DNA of 64,000 nucleotides from contig OZ076411.1 of NCBI GenBank assembly GCA_964187785.1, positions 89,652,001 to 89,716,000 on the forward strand, read 5' to 3'. This document shows, piece after piece, positions 61,706 to 64,000 of this stretch. The notes beneath the pieces are model-generated. The model worked only from the letters and a program-made list of their open reading frames with translations. It ran no database searches and was not told where the DNA came from. Position 1 is the stretch's first letter, and every line of letters begins with the position of its first letter. The DNA is from Amphiscolops sp. MND2022. Its lineage: Eukaryota. The position numbers and the translations under genes were made by a program.

Positions 61706-64000
61706 TCAGAAAAGGGTTTGTGTTTTGTGTATAGACTGGTGAGGTTAGTGCCATCATTAAAAAAAGCTGAGAGAAGCTTTTGTAAGATGCAAGTAGCAAA
61801 GGAGAATCGTGTATTAAAGCCGTAGGATATTTTGGTTTAGCATTGTGACGTATCCAGTGATATACGGTTTTCAAAACAAGATCTTGGGCTTGTTGATGTT
61901 GTAGTGTATGTAAGTCTAGGGAAAATCATCAGGCAAGAAGAAACCTTGAAAATAGTCCTTGTATTTAAAGAAAGAAGGGTCATAAAAGGGTATGACTAGA
62001 GAAGTTTGTGTAGAGAGTTTATTAAGTTCAGTCGTATCAATGACAGCAGTTGATAATGATGAATGTTCTATTTTTGTGAGTGTAGAATAACTAGTTGAAC
62101 GTGGAAGAGTGGGTGTTTGACATGTATCATTGGTTTGATCATTGGATGAAAATGTAACAGATTTTGGAATACGAGTGTATATATGATCATCGTCATCACT
62201 AGTAACAACAGTATCACTAAGAAGTAAAGATTGTTGATGTAAAGATTTGTTATGTTTTCTAGCAGGTGTTTTATATTTGTTTTGAAATGGAATTATAGAA
62301 TTGAAGGAAAATGAGTCTAGAGATTTGACAATAATGTCGTTATCTTTGTCATTTATACGAATAGAGAACCGATCTGTTCCATAATCAGCAAGAAGAGGGT
62401 GAGAATCATATTTTTGATGTGGTAATACTGCTTCATGTTGTATTAAGTAATGAACAGGTGTTAAAGAGTTGTTTTGTAATATAGCAAAATCTTTTTGGGG
62501 TGGTAGTTGTTTATTTTTGAGTTGATTCAGTTGGAGATCAGTTTTGGTAAAAAACGACTGAGCATGTCTGCAACAGACAAAATTTTACTTGGAGTATGAA
62601 TAAGTTTGAAGTTGGAAAACTTAATAAGTTGCACTTGAGCACGATAAAAACGTGGACTAAGATTTCCCTTTTTTTGTAAAACAGTGTAACAGAGGTTTAT
62701 GATCTGTGAATATGTGGATTGGATGTGGAGATCCAATGAGAAAGAATTCATATATTTGAAGGGCATGTACTATACCAAGAAGTTCACGATCTAATGTAGA
62801 GAGTTTTTGTTCTTGTGGGTTAAGTATTCTGGCGTTGTAAGAAATAACTTTCATTTTAATGTTCGGATTGAGTTGGAAAAGGACAACGCCTATTCCAATT
62901 AATGAGGCATCAACAGTAATGGAAAAAGGATGTTTTGTATTAGAAATTGTAAGTTCCGTATCAGAAGTGAGAGCGTTTTTTTTAATTTGTGAAAAAAAGC
63001 TTCATTTTCAGTAGTCCATGACCATAGAGTAGTTTTTTCTATAGAGTAGTTTTGACCATAGACCATAGTTTTTCTATAAATTTTGTATACAAATTAGGTG
63101 CACCGATAAACCTCATAAGGGCAACTTTACTAGTAGGAGAGGGGATTTTGTGACTTTCATCGACTTTAGAGTGTATATGTTTAAGTGTGTTATAACCAAT
63201 TTTATGTCAGAATATTGACTTTCAGAAGCTAGTTTCAAAATATGTTTTGGATTGATTGTATGAAGTTGTTCAATAAGTTGGAACATATGTTCTTTAGAAT
63301 CAGAAAGTTATAGTATGTCGTCGATATAAACTAGGGCGAAGCATTGTTCTATGGGAGTTCTGAAAAAGGAAGACATTTGTTGTGTAAAGAAGTTTGGTAA
63401 TCCTTTGAGTCCATAAAAACCTCTAATGAATGCAAAAAGATTATCACCTGAGGAAAAACTAGTAAGTTTTATTGTTTCCTCGTCAAAGGGAGTGTGAGCA
63501 TATGCGTACAGTAAGTCTATAGCACACTTGTACTTTTTAGTTGCACGAGATAATTGTGGAACAATCGGTTCTATGGGCCGAGATTCATCGGATTGTTCTG
63601 TATTAGAATTCAAATGTCTGGCATCTAGAACACATTTAATAGAGTCTCCTTTTGGTATAATAATGAGAGGATTGAGATAAGTTGTAACATAGTTAGGTTT
63701 GTCTTCAGGAGAAGAGCTACTTTGTTTAATAATGTTGTGTTTTTCTAGTTCTTTGTGTAAATTATTGAGTTTTTCTTTGTAATGGATAGGGGTTTTAGAA
63801 GGACGTTGTGTAAGAAGTTGAGCATTTGGTTTTAAACGTATTCTAAAAAGAGTTGCAATCTTTCCAACATCGGTTTTATGAGTAGCATAGAATATTTTGT
63901 GTTTTTTTAGTAAGTTACACAATGTTACATATTCGGTATCGGTAAGATCAGAAAATTGAAAGTAGAATTTGTTTATAAATTTGAGATTGTCTTTTGATTT
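61706..64000 (-). mobile_element. AT-rich Gypsy element fragment (RT, RNase H, start of integrase); continues beyond the window end
   Basis: RT ORF 63308-63922 (VLDARHLN, AIDLLYAY, FYGLKG, VYIDDIL); RNase H (DRELLGIV, TDHKPL, VADMLSR); linker ...VLKTVYHWI ending at ~61710. Confidence 0.9.

Noticed and set aside
61434-61742. 102-aa plus-strand ORF as a counterpart of the B 187-aa ORF
   Set aside because: No similarity to the B ORF; it overlaps the antisense frame and crosses the junction into an unrelated element.
42400-64000. AT-rich pieces on either side of A2 as one element split by the A2 insertion
   Set aside because: Both pieces appear to contain the RNaseH-integrase junction region (~61800 and ~49300), the left piece does not resume where the right one stops, and A2 lacks its 3' LTR and TSD. 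Two copies or a later rearrangement fit better.

Overview
Eukaryotic (animal-type) genomic DNA made mostly of adjacent, decaying retrotransposons. I see no prokaryotic genes, rRNA/tRNA genes or CRISPR arrays. Contents: (i) three related long-LTR Ty3/Gypsy elements: family A copy A1 (1-8812, minus, runs off the window), family A copy A2 (51314-~61705, plus, 3'-truncated) and a full-length family B element (21987-34113, plus, two LTRs, TTAAC/TTAGC target-site duplication); (ii) a Mag-like Gypsy element (35625-~41225); (iii) two AT-rich Gypsy remnants (~42400-51313 with an env-like glycoprotein relic; 61706-64000); (iv) a Tc1-like transposon (34302-35455); (v) Gypsy and BEL/Pao integrase scraps; (vi) a spliced CBP/p300 fragment encoding only the TAZ1 zinc finger (10440-11357), which ends at two back-to-back palindromes. 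The A/B elements share an unusual architecture. About 113-118 Gag codons lie inside the LTR and read through the tRNA primer-binding site. A covarying ~170-nt RNA structure sits in the LTR upstream of the Gag AUG. An A-AAA-AAC -1 slippery site precedes a conserved ~100-aa domain I cannot name at the start of Pol. Extra ORFs lie between pol and the 3' LTR, including a >=600-codon antisense gene whose A1/A2 comparison is dominated by synonymous change. The repeat families remind me of those in acoel (Symsagittifera-like) assemblies, but that is an unverified impression. All alignments were done by eye; boundaries marked ~ are approximate.
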